A DNA stretch of 64,000 nt from Octopus bimaculoides. Taxonomy: Eukaryota. Shown here piece by piece: positions 1 through 11,289 of this stretch (position 1 is its first letter; each line of letters begins with the position of its first letter). The position numbers were made by a program, and so were the translations under genes. The stretch lies in NCBI RefSeq assembly GCF_001194135.2, contig NC_068994.1:3032717-3096716 (forward strand), in the 5' to 3' direction. The notes under the pieces were generated by a model, which worked only from the letters and a program-made list of their open reading frames with translations, made no database searches and had not been told where the DNA came from.

Positions 1-559
1 ACATTATTATAAAATAGTTATTTTAATCTCAGTCTTATTAGACACATCTCCCTAGCTATACTAGAATGGATTTAATTTATTCCGTCAATATTAATTTCAT
101 AAGGATAAAACGTTCTCTATTTTCTCTATTTTCGATGAAACACAGAAATATAATTATAAATTTCTTAATAGAAATTCCTTTTTACTAAGACTAATTATAT
201 AATAAAGTTATACTAATGATAATACCCCTGCTTCAGTGTAACACGACTTCCCTTATTTGATGTGTTTGTGTGACACAGACAACATTGCAGTAATTTCCTA
301 TTGGATGAGAGAGATTTTCTAGATTTCTTTCAATATTGAAAGTGAGGCTGATAGCTTTTTTCTTTGTTCATCATACACACAATTAATGAGACAATTACTG
401 TATCAGACTAATGATCCTGTTGCAATAACCAGAAATGCAGAAGAGATATTTAACCGAAATCTTCAGAGATTAAAATCTAAAAACCAGTTTTATATGGAAA
501 TGAAGCAAGCAACAGAGGAATGGAAATTCTCAACACCCCAAATCCTACCACCAACACCA
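1..559 (+). pseudogene. Decayed protocadherin: degenerate EC repeat relic joined to an intact cytoplasmic tail
   Basis: One frame from 209 reads YTNDNTPASV*HDFPYLMCLCDTDNIAVISYWMREIF*ISFNIESEADSFFLCSSYTQL-MRQLLYQTNDPV.... These are relics of DxNDNxP, DxD..N.A.I.Y and FxID with stops at 239 and 320 and no TM. 386-559 is homologous to 9815-9994 and ends at an equivalent phase-0 donor CCA|GTAAGT (560). Confidence 0.8.
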
Positions 560-1361
560 GTAAGTTAATTACAAACTGATTTAATCTAAGCTTAAAATTG
601 TTGTAATCATTGTATTATATTAAGGAAATTGTTCACCAGATCTGCTGTATGGTGAATGAGTGGAGAATATCATCATAATCATTATTTAGCATTCGTTTTC
701 CAAACTGGCATGGGTTTAGCAGTTTGACAGGAGCAGGGAAGCTGCACCAGGCTCCTGTCATTTTTTTGTTGTGGATTTTAAGGCCTGGATGCTCTTCCTA
801 ATGTCAGTCTCTTTAGAGAGTGTACTGAGTGCTTTTTGTGTGTCTCTGGCATAATTTATTATGTTCTAAGTTACTTATTTAAAAGAAAAACAATCATTTT
901 CCCTCAAAGCCAAAGTGCTTTTATTTAATCTCAGTGTGTTAGATTATGAGTTTTGAACATTTTTACTAAACGTGCATCACCAAATAATTAATATTGGATG
1001 TATTTCTCTTGTGTAGAATATGAACATCACAACTTTGATTGTTAGTTTGACATGTTTCTTTTTCCTGGTTCCACCCTCTCTTTTTCTCTCTCTCTCTCTC
1101 TCTCTCAAACACTCTCTTATGCTGTTTCTTTCTCAATCACTCACTGTCTCCCTCTTTGTCTCATCTATTTATAATTAACTTCTACTCTGTGTAGTATATT
1201 ATGTGATTAAATTCTAAGAATATTAAACAATATTTTGTAAAAATTCCTTCAAATTTATGTGGAAAAAGCTACTAAATATAAAGACAATATATCTGAAACA
1301 AAATAAGATGAGTAAAAAAATTCTCTTTAGAATCAGTTTTCTTCTTTGTGTTATTTTACAG

Positions 1362-1499
1362 TTTACTAATCAACAAACACACAAGACAAAACAGTCCCAT
1401 CTCATACAGAACTATGAACTAAATGGAAATGCAAGGCAGATGCCACTGGACACATCTTTGAGTATTAAATTCCCCAGGATGATGAGAGTGGACATAAAG
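1362..1499 (+). other. Candidate exon 2 of the upstream protocadherin copy
   Basis: Acceptor ctttgtgttattttacag| and perfect donor AAG|GTAAGT; 138 nt, open only in phase 0 (FTNQQTHKTKQSHLIQNYELNGNARQMPLDTSLSIKFPRMMRVDIK), matching the 560 donor. Confidence 0.5.
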
Positions 1500-3525
1500 G
1501 TAAGTTTTTCACTCAGTTTTCGAACTAATCTGTCTATTGCCCTGATGCAATATCAGGCAGTGGCTCTCATAGCTTCTGTTTTGGAAGTGATAACATGTAC
1601 ATGTATTGTTTTGATGTCAAAAAAATGGGCTACAGCAAATATTCTGCTCATTGCCACAGATTTTTTTGTCAGTTGCTTGACCTTAACTAATTGAGCATGT
1701 CCTTTAGTGATTCATTATATATGCATCTCTGATCATGAGCAGGATTAACAGTGAGGCATCATAGCCATGTGTTAAGAGGGATTCTTTGAGATTTGAACAA
1801 TTCTTCCTTGGAAATGTGGGAGTTTTGTTCCTCATCCTTAAACAACCCTCATTCAGGGACCTTTTGAGAGCCTGCTAGTCAAATCTATCCTACATGCAAT
1901 AACTGCTGATCAGTAAGGCTCAGACATTGCACAAATGCATGCAATATTGTTTTGTTGTTCTGTGCACATGTCAAACTGTTCTACCTGACAAACACATCCA
2001 TGTCTGTAAAGTTTTGTCCCTCAGTAGCACTGCTAAGGATTCTTAGAAGCCATCCATGGTAGTTCTCAGCCCAGAAGTCCTCTTGAACAGACCAACCAGT
2101 GCATCTTCACCTATGCCTAGAGTTCCCCCGTTGATGCCATCCCTCTAATGCACTATTAGTCCTTTATATATTGCTAAAGCGAAACTTCCACTGATTGGAA
2201 AGTGAACACCAGACCATTTCCCAGAACTCGTAAAATTAAAGTTATATTTGTTGACAACTTCCAATGAAACATTGATAAAATATATTTTCTTTGGAAAATA
2301 TTTTGTGATATTTTAGAAACCAACTGAAACACCTTCCTTTCTGCAGGTTCTGAATATTATTTTGTATCTGTGAAATAACAATCTTTACATTTTAACATAC
2401 TGAATAGAACAGTGGAATCCACTTTATAAAATAAAATGTGTGCATTTTATCATAGAACTGGCACTCAAGAAGTTGTCTTGTCTCCAGAAAGACTAAACAA
2501 TCTTCTCTACTCTACACTGTCTCTATTTGTTTGCCAACCATTTTACTGTGTATGAGGCACATTGTATTGTGGCACCAGCACTAAACAGGATATTTGGTCT
2601 CCAGTAATAAATGATTTTCTAATGACTTTCAAATAAACCTTTAGAAACAATCTAAAAGTTTGTGGGTGTAGATAACAGAAGCATATATTCCTTTATGTCT
2701 CTTTTCTCGTATTTATCTGTCTTTTATTTATATTGCAGAGTTAAACCACTTCAACCCAAGTGTATTTCAAACAAAGGACCACAACAGACCTCCTTACAGC
2801 CAACATATTCACTGCACTCCTGTTTTAGCTCTAAATCTCATTTTTGATCATTTCTATTCACATGTGTCCTCCAGCCTCTGAGAATTCACACAGGAGGAAA
2901 CAAACATACCCCAGTGGATTACTATTGACCCTGTCCTGGTCATCCATGGCCAGTAGAAGTTAAAAGATCAAGGCTTTGTCCAGTTAATCAACATGGCAAG
3001 GTATTAACATGTCGAAAATGTTAACGGATTACAACAGCTTCAACATTGTCAAGCACCATCTTAACACTGAGAGAAGTAAACTATATCTGCATGAGTCCAC
3101 CTTGGCTCCAACATGGTTGTACTACTACAACAAGAACAACATAAATAATGATAATAACGTGAAACATTTCATTTGGAAATTACCATTGCTGTCAACTATC
3201 TCTTCTATTGATACTGTTAAACACAGTCTACTCGATCACCGACCAGTCCACACCTAATATGATGACAATACCAACAACATCATCATCACTATCATCTGAT
3301 ATTGTTTGGAACTTTTATCCCAGGCATCTACAACTCATCCTTTGCCGTTTCTGGATTTACTACAACATCATCCCACTTCTATTTAGCCTTAGCCATTTCT
3401 GGAACACTACAAACATGGCTATCTACAGCTCTGACACCGACCAGGCTCAGGTATTCTGTGCTTGTATCATTCCACAATGCATTGCAAAATACATGCTTAT
3501 ATACATATCTACATATACATACATG

Positions 3526-3577
<52 letters not shown>

Positions 3578-3846
3578 CTTATGTATGTATATGCATATAG
3601 ACATATATGTGTATATACATACATACACAAACACGCAGTATATATAATTTTTTAACAGATGGAACACACACACACACACACATGGCCACATCACTAGTAT
3701 TACTGATACTACTGTCACCACCACCACCACCACAACAGCAAACACCTCCACCACCACCACTACTACTACTGCTGCTGCTGCTGCTACATCAGGTATTGAC
3801 ATCTCGGCAAAGATGCTGCTGCACTGTAATATGTCAATAGAAACAT

Positions 3847-3879
<33 letters not shown>

Positions 3880-4091
3880 TGGCAGCAGTTCAGTTTTTTT
3901 TTGTTTTTTTTTTCCACTGCGAATGGCTCTAATCAGTGAAATATATAAAGCCAGGATATAACTGGTACTTAATGCATTGGCTCTGCTGGGATGATTGTCA
4001 GTTTGTTTTAACTAAATTTAAACCCAGAAGAAATAAAGGGCTGGGATCCCTGTCAGTCAGCCATTTTAAACAATAATGGAGATGGTGATTA

Positions 4092-4135
<44 letters not shown>

Positions 4136-4619
4136 TACAATAACAATTATTTTTGTTGTTATTATTGATGTTAATAATAATAATAATAAAATATTAATAA
4201 TAACAAATAAAATAATAAACAATCAATATAAGAAAGGAAATTATTGTTTAAATGTTTTTTTTTTTATTTTAAACTTACCTTGACAAACAAAATCAATGAC
4301 AATGACAACAACAAAAGAAAAAAAAATATTTTCTTTTCTGATAATGACAAAAAAAAATAGTGTTTTGTTTATGATAATAACAATCATAATTATAATAATG
4401 ATAATTACATTAATAATATAAATATCATACCTTTTTTTTTTTATTATATAATTTCTGTTCAGTTAAAACTAAAGTAAAATAGAAAGCATAAAATTGCTAA
4501 TCGTATATATATATACATAAACACACAGACAGACAAAGAGCAATCGTTGAAGTAAAACACTTCTTTCATTCACATAAACACACACATATACATAAACACA
4601 TACATATACACGTTATTGT

Positions 4620-5061
4620 TCACGCTGGTCGCCCCACCTTTGTCCCTTACCAGCCATTCATGAGACTGTACAACACTCCACATGTATGAATACTTGGAGC
4701 AGATGTTCCGACTGACTGACAGGCTGGCTGGCTGGCCGGTTGGCTAACTGACTGACAACACTTGTCTGTCAGTACAGAGACACTGTCACATTACTACAAC
4801 AGCAGCATTTACACTGTCACACCGCTACAAGAATAATAAGCGTTACTACAGCATTTGTTACACGGAAACACTACTACAGCAGCAATTACAAGGAGCACCA
4901 CTACTGCTACTACATCAACAGCAGCAGCAGTAATAACTCAGGAGTAGCATCACCATTGCTACATCGACAGCAGCAGCAATTACTCAGGAGCACCACCACT
5001 ACTACCGCCACTACATCAATAGAATACATGCCTCTACAACAACAATGGATTAGGCTGTAAG
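4620..5061 (+). promoter_or_regulatory. Candidate non-coding first exon / promoter region of the protocadherin at 7590
   Basis: Non-TE, CpG-containing island ending in a donor-like AAG|GTCAGT (5062). The acceptor at 7554 just upstream of the ATG implies an upstream exon. The 5' boundary is a guess. Confidence 0.35.
4877..5019 (+). repeat. Three imperfect 42-52-bp tandem units (cagcagc..aattac..aggag..cacca..ctacatc)
   Basis: Units at 4877-4918, 4919-4967 and 4968-5019. Confidence 0.75.
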
Positions 5062-6176
5062 GTCAGTCTCTCTCTCTCTTATTTTTTCTCATTAGATTTC
5101 TCTGTGGGCCATATTTTAAACCTTAGAACAACATAACAAATATATCAGCTGTCATATATATGTGCCTGTGTGCTGTACATGTGTGTGTGTGTATGAGTGT
5201 ATATATATATGTATATTTGTTGCAACAAAACTGATAAATTTTTGTGGCATTATTTTCCATATTATATATTTTTCATTACCAACAGGAGTTATAAAGGTAT
5301 ACATGTAGAAAAACGTAGAAGACATCTATTAGTGTATGCGTATCAATTTCTCTCTCTCTCTCTGTATAGTTATATATATGGGAACTGGAATGGTGTATAA
5401 CCGAGAGATGTAATCATCACCTCCATTATTAACGACATCATCCACAATGAATTAGTGATGGAGCCTCTGTGATGTTGTTCAACTTGCTAGGAATGGCAAC
5501 CAAATCACCATCAATTTACACCCTATCATTTGATAAAATGATGAAAACGTTGCATAATATAGTCCTAAGTGGATAATGCACATAATTAACAGGTGCTTAT
5601 AATTAGATGCACTTGCTCAGTGAGGCCAAACACCAACAGCAGTAGCAATTGTTGTTGTTGTATTATGACATCTCAAAGGAAGACATCATATTCCTATAAC
5701 AGCAATTACACAACACTCCTGCATTAATTACACTTTGGATATTTAATTGGATATATAATGTCTCATTAATTAATGTCTTCTTTATAGCTATTTTTTTAAA
5801 AAAATTCTTTAATTGTTAATCAATAGTGATTGATCTGTAGAAATATTGTTTATAACTCCAGGTCAGCTGCAACTGGACAGTGCTATGATCAAAGACATTC
5901 CAACTATGGCCATCACTTTGTTTATTTAAACACTCTATCTCAGCCTGGTTTAGCCATTGTATTCTTTTTTTAAGGTGCTAGGCCATAAGTTGAAGAACCT
6001 TTGGCTGCTATTTCTAGCAGATTCAATGACTACATAGAGACTTTTTTGTCAGAATGTATGTCAGAGGAATTGTGTGTTTGTATGTGTGTATGTGTGTGTG
6101 AGGTAAATTGTGTGTGTGTGCGTGCGCATATGTGTGTGTGTGTGTGTGCATATTTGCATGAGATAAATTTGTGTGT

Positions 6177-6208
<32 letters not shown>

Positions 6209-6463
6209 AAAGTAAATCTGTGTATGGGTATGAGAGTGGTAAATGGTGTGTGAAGTAAATTCATGTGTTTGTTTATGTGAGGTAAGTTGTGTGTTTGTGT
6301 AAGGAAAATTGAATTTCCAAACCGTATTGTGTCTAAAAGCCAAAGCAATGTCGTTCCTCAGGGATGATGTATTTGCCATTCTGTAATTAAGGCTCTACAA
6401 CATTACTAGGCTGGTCCTTGTATAATTCTCTACAACTATTTAGTGCTGTATAGCGTTAAGATA

Positions 6464-6785
6464 GAAGGCACGTAGCTTAGTGGTTGGGGCACTCTGCTCA
6501 TGATCATAAGACCGTGAGTTCAATTCCTGGCAATGTATTGTGTCCTTGAGCAAGACACTTTATTTCACATAGTTCCAGTCCACTCAGCTGGCAAAAATGA
6601 GTAGTACCTGTAATTCAAAGAGGCCAGCCTTGTCACACTCTGTGTCATGCTGAATCTCCCCGAGAACTACGTAAAGGGTACACGTGTCTGTGGAGTGCTC
6701 AGCCACTTGCATTTTAATTTCACAAGTAAGCTGTTCCATTGATCATATCAGCTGGGACCCTCATCATAGTAACCGATGGAGTGTT
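6464..6785 (+). mobile_element. tRNA-derived SINE family A, full length; other copies ~22075-22222(+), 41540-41735(-), 45365-45590(+), 50868-51176(-), 51735-51830(+), 56185-56380(+), tail fragment 28405-28460(-)
   Basis: A-box TAGCTTAGTGG and B-box GTTCAATTCC, then the conserved body gtgtccttgagcaagacactttatttcac..ccagtccactcagctggcaaaaatgagt, repeated across the window. Confidence 0.85.
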
Positions 6786-7589
6786 CCTTTTTTTTTCTTA
6801 AGTGTTAGGATAGATATACCTTGGTACATACTGTTAGTGTACCTCTTGTTATACATTGACAGTATACACCTTGTTTTATAGTTTTACAATGGCAGTATAC
6901 ACTATGCAACACAATGTCCCAGCACCTCATGTTAAACAATATCACACTGCACCATGTTACACAGTGTCACATTACTTCATGTTATGCAATGTCACATTAC
7001 CCCATGTTACACAATGTCACACTTATCCATGTGGCAGTAGCTGAAGTACTACCCTACAACACATTGACACATTCCTCTTGACTCTATGTTCTATGATATG
7101 TTGTTTGTCAGGTCCAACATGCAAACATAATCTATATCTCACCCTTATACACACACACACTCACATACGTATCACTGTTGTTGTCATCGTCATCATCATC
7201 GTTTAACGTCTGTCTTCCATGCTGGCATGAGTTGGATGGTATGACAGGAGCTGACTAGCCAGACAGACACAATTGTTTGTTTTGGCATGGTGTCTATGGC
7301 TGGATGTCCTTCCTAATGCCAACTATTTACAGAGTGTGTTGGGTGCTCCATATGTGGCACTGGCATGAGTTCTTTTCACATGGTGGTGTCAGCACAAGTG
7401 CTTTTTTCGTGGTTCTAGTGCAAATTCTTTTTATGTGGTGCTAACATGAGTGTGTGTGTGTGTGTGTACTGTAATGCAAATTATTGTCTTCTTTTTGGTG
7501 CCCTTCATGTAATTAAAGAAGTTTCTATGATCAACATGTATTTTCCATTTGTAGGAAACCTCTTATCTGGACAATGGTGAAAATTTCTG

Positions 7590-9994
7590 ATGATGACTGG
7601 ATACATTACCTTACTTGTGTGTCTTCTACATTTACTGATCACCCTTGTACTGTCCATAGATATTACATACCACGTCAATGAAGAAGACAGTCCTCACACC
7701 TATATAGGAGACATTGCTGTTGACTCCAACTTATCACACCCTCTCACACATCAACAACACACTCTCATTACATTTACACAACTACAAAGGACAGTCGAGA
7801 GTGGTTCTCACTTATTTAATGTCACCAACTCAGGAAAACTATACACTACTCAGACACTGGATGCTGAGTCTCTGTGTACATACAACAAGGAATGTTCCAG
7901 AATTGTTAAGGTGGCAGTGAGGAAAGGAAAGACATTTATGAAAATTCTTAAAGTTAAAATAATTATAGTAGACATAAACGACCATGCTCCCAAGTTTCCA
8001 GAAAATCAGTTCCATCTGGAATTTGATGAAAATGATGGAGTTGGAACTAAGAAATCCCTACCAAACTCTATCGACAAAGATGTTAGTGTTCAGAATTCAA
8101 ATATTAGATACCAGCTGAATAAGAATATTGATGGTGTTTTCTCATTGATAACATCAAACTTATATGGCAATATATTTACACCTGAAATAGTTTTAGAAAA
8201 AAAGTTGGACCGAGAAACAAAAGCTAGCCATATGTTAGAGTTAGTAGCAAAAGATGGAGGTTCCCCACCAAAATATGACATCTTGGAAATTCTTATAGAA
8301 TTAACAGATGTTAATGATAATAGACCAATATTTTCACAGAAAATGTACAATGTCTCTGTGACAAATTCACATAAAACATCATCTCCAATATTGACTTTAT
8401 CAGCAACTGATATGGATTCAGGACAAAATGCTAAGATTTCATTCTTATTTAATCAACAAACATCAAATGAAGCAAAGAAACATTTCACATTAAATAAAAT
8501 CACTGGAGACATTTTCTTTAAGCAAAAATTTAGTTATGATAACAAACAGATATATAATTTATTTGTTGAAGCAAGAGATATGGGAAGTCCATCTTTGAGT
8601 TCCATAACAAAGATACAAGTAAATGTAATTAATACTCAAAATTCTGCTCCATTGATAAATATAGATTTTGTATCTCCTTTAACAGAGAGTTCCACAGCAG
8701 TTTCAGAAGACAGTGAAGTAGATAGTTTTATAGCTTATGTTATGGTCACTGACACTGACAGTGGACCTAATGGTGAGGTTATCTGTGATTTAAAACATGA
8801 TAAGTTTAAACTTGCCAAAATAGATTCTAAAGAATATAAAATGATTGTTAAGGGCCACCTTGACAGAGAAATAAGGGACCACTATAAAGTATCTGTTGTG
8901 TGTCATGACATGGGGTCACCTCAACTAGAAAGTAAAAAATATTTCTCTGTCAAAGTAACTGATGTCAATGATGTAGAACCACATTTTACCAAAGAGACAT
9001 TCCAATTCCTCACCTATGAAAACCAGANNNNNNNNNNNNNNNNNNNNNNNNNNNNNNNNNNNNNNNNNNNNNNNNNNNNNNNNNNNNNNNNNNNNNNNNN
9101 NNNNNNNNNNNNNNNNNNNNNNNNNNNNNNNNNNNNNNNNNNNNNNNNNNNNNNNNNNNNNNNNNNNNNNNNNNNNNNNNNNNNNNNNNNNNNNNNNNNN
9201 NNNNNNNNNNNNNNNNNNNNNNNNNNNNNNNNNNNNNNNNNNNNNNNNNNNNNNNNNNNNNNNNNNNNNNNNNNNNNNNNNNNNNNNNNNNNNNNNNNNN
9301 NNNNNNNNNNNNNNNNNNNNNNNNNNNNNNNNNNNNNNNNNNNNNNNNNNNNNNNNNNNNNNNNNNNNNNNNNNNNNNNNNNNNNNNNNNNNNNNNNNNN
9401 NNNNNNNNNNNNNNNNNNNNNNNNNNNNNNNNNNNNNNNNNNNNNNNNNNNNNNNNNNNNNNNNNNNNNNNNNNNNNNNNNNNNNNNNNNNNNNNNNNNN
9501 NNNNNNNNNNNNNNNNNNNNNNNNNNNNNNNNNNNNNNNNNNNNNNNNNNNNNNNNNNNNNNNNNNNNNNNNNNNNNNNNNNNNNNNNNNNNNNNNNNNN
9601 NNNNNNNNNNNNNNNNNNNNNNNNNNNNNNNNNNNNNNNNNNNNNNNNNNNNNNNNNNNNNNNNNNGACTTGGATAATTATCATTGTAGCAGCAGCTGTA
9701 ATACTATCTGTGGCTATTGTAGTGTCAATAACACTGTGTGTTTTCAGATGTATTAATCACACAAATGACTCACCTACAACAGCAGATAATCCCAACTTTC
9801 TCTCTCAGACTGAGATGAGACAATTACTGTATCAGACTAACAATCCTGTTGCAATAACAAGAAATGCAGAAGAGATATTTAACCGAAATCTTCAGACAAT
9901 AAAATCTAAAAGTCAGTTTTATCCAGAGATGGAACAGACACCCAATGAGTGGAAATTCTCAACAACACCCCGGAGACTTCCACCAGTTCCACAT
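7590..9994 (+). CDS. pcdh: Protocadherin, large coding exon: signal peptide, EC1-EC4 and start of EC5 visible, gap 9028-9666, then TM helix and proximal cytoplasmic tail
   Basis: ORF from ATG 7590 gives a hydrophobic leader (MMTGYITLLVCLLHLLITLVLS) and cadherin motifs LDAE/DINDHAP, LDRE/DVNDNRP, DMDSG, DTDSG/LDRE/DVNDVEP, with the protocadherin EC1 Cys pair (LCTYNKEC). After the gap, frame 9668 reads TWIIIIVAAAVILSVAIVVSITLCVF (TM) then RCINHT...LPPVPH, ending at a phase-0 donor CAT|GTAAGT (9995). An acceptor ttttccatttgtag|G lies at 7553-7554. Family level only; the paralog cannot be named. Confidence 0.95.
9028..9666. other. Assembly gap inside the protocadherin exon; other gaps at ~11290, 21433, 24651, 27075, 29887, 33740, 37897, 47978, 55048, 59542
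   Basis: Runs of N. Confidence 1.
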
Positions 9995-10594
9995 GTAAGT
10001 GATAAATTAGTCTTTGTTTCAAACTCTTATCTCCATATTTGATCATCTTTTATAATTCCATTCATGTCTAAGATACTTTTTGAAGTGACAAACTCCAAAC
10101 ATTGAACATTATTTTTTATGAAATTAGTTGAATCAGCTGAGTCTTTGACTCAGATTAATTGTTGTGTTGTAGGGATTTGAGGAAAGTTGAAGAGGGTCTC
10201 TGTCAGCAACCATCAAAATAAACCTGTGAATAACACTAGCCACTTCTTTTATTCTGTTGAAGGACCTGTAATCTGCCAGGAATAGGGATCAAATCTTATA
10301 TTAGTTGGGGTTATGTCATACCTTCTATGGGTTGTAAGTCTAGGTGACTGGAGTCAATGGTTCAAATCTAACATGGATTACATATAATATGTTTGTTGCA
10401 TCAAATGCATCTGTAAATTGTAAGTTATATAAATAATAGTATTTTGCATCAAATGCACTTAATTTTCATATGAATGGCTGTGGGTTTTACACCTTTTTTA
10501 TATGTCAAACTTAGGATTTTGTGAATTGCATCTAACAAAAGTCTAATGTTTACAGCTATTTGAGTTGAAGACTTACGTTGATGTTATTTAACAG

Positions 10595-10757
10595 ACATAT
10601 GGTGGAGAGAAGATGAGGTCTTCCTATGAACATATCAACCGTGACTGTGCTAAAGTTAACAGCTACATGAATGATTCTGGATTCACAAAGAGTAACAGGG
10701 AACTTATTAAAAACAAAGAACATCTGAAAGATTATGAGGAAGTTGAAGGAACATCAG
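10595..10757 (+). CDS. pcdh: Protocadherin cytoplasmic exon 2 (predicted, phase 0 to 1)
   Basis: Acceptor gttatttaacag|, then 54 open codons TYGGEKMRSSYEHINRDCAKVNSYMNDSGFTKSNRELIKNKEHLKDYEEVEGTS+G, then donor CAG|GTAATT. The phase matches the 9995 donor. Read-through would stop shortly after (GNYDYLVEN*). Confidence 0.7.
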
Positions 10758-11256
10758 GTAATTATGACTACCTTGTTGAAAACTAAATCTAACTTATAAC
10801 TAATGTACTCTCTCTCTCTCTTCTTCTCTCTCAATCTCTCTTTCTCTCCCTCTCTATCATTAACACACACACACTCACAAAGAACTCGATTATATCTGGA
10901 TAAGGAAAGAACATCTTTGGGTTTTGGGTGTTATAGTCAGTTTGTAGAAGGATGGTATGTCACCACAGAGTTATCTCCCTTGGTTTACTTCGGCCCATAA
11001 TAGTCGAGTTAGATCTCTTGGTCTAGAGATCAGATTGGTTTCACATCTTGACTCAAGGCCAGCAGTTTCGAGGATCAGCTAAGTCGATTGCATCGATCCC
11101 CAGTGTTCAACTGGTGCTTATTTTATCGTCCCCGAAAGGATGAAAGGTAAAGTTGACCAGAACATGCTATTACTTTCTCTCACTCCCTCCTACTGCATGA
11201 TTTTGGACACACACACATATATATCATCATCATATATATATATATATATATGTATA

Positions 11257-11289
<33 letters not shown>

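Noticed and set aside
1257-1694. 145-aa ORF as a standalone gene
   Set aside because: Only 1362-1499 is bounded by splice sites. The rest is intron-like, and from ~1655 it resembles an interspersed repeat.
3302-3840. Cluster of ORFs (YIYI, VCVC, poly-V/P/L) here and dozens of similar ones across the window
   Set aside because: Translations of (TA)n, (TG)n and trinucleotide tracts, which lack stops by construction; no domain content.
6464-6535. tRNA gene (also 37062 and 27917-28119)
   Set aside because: A/B boxes are present, but there is no acceptor stem or oligo-T terminator and the sequence continues into a repeated SINE body.
9685-9756. Treating the ORF-track continuations across the gap (LG*, DLDNYHC...) as the protocadherin end or a frameshift
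   Set aside because: The gap length is an estimate, so frame is not preserved; the TM-encoding frame (9668 onward) is the real continuation.
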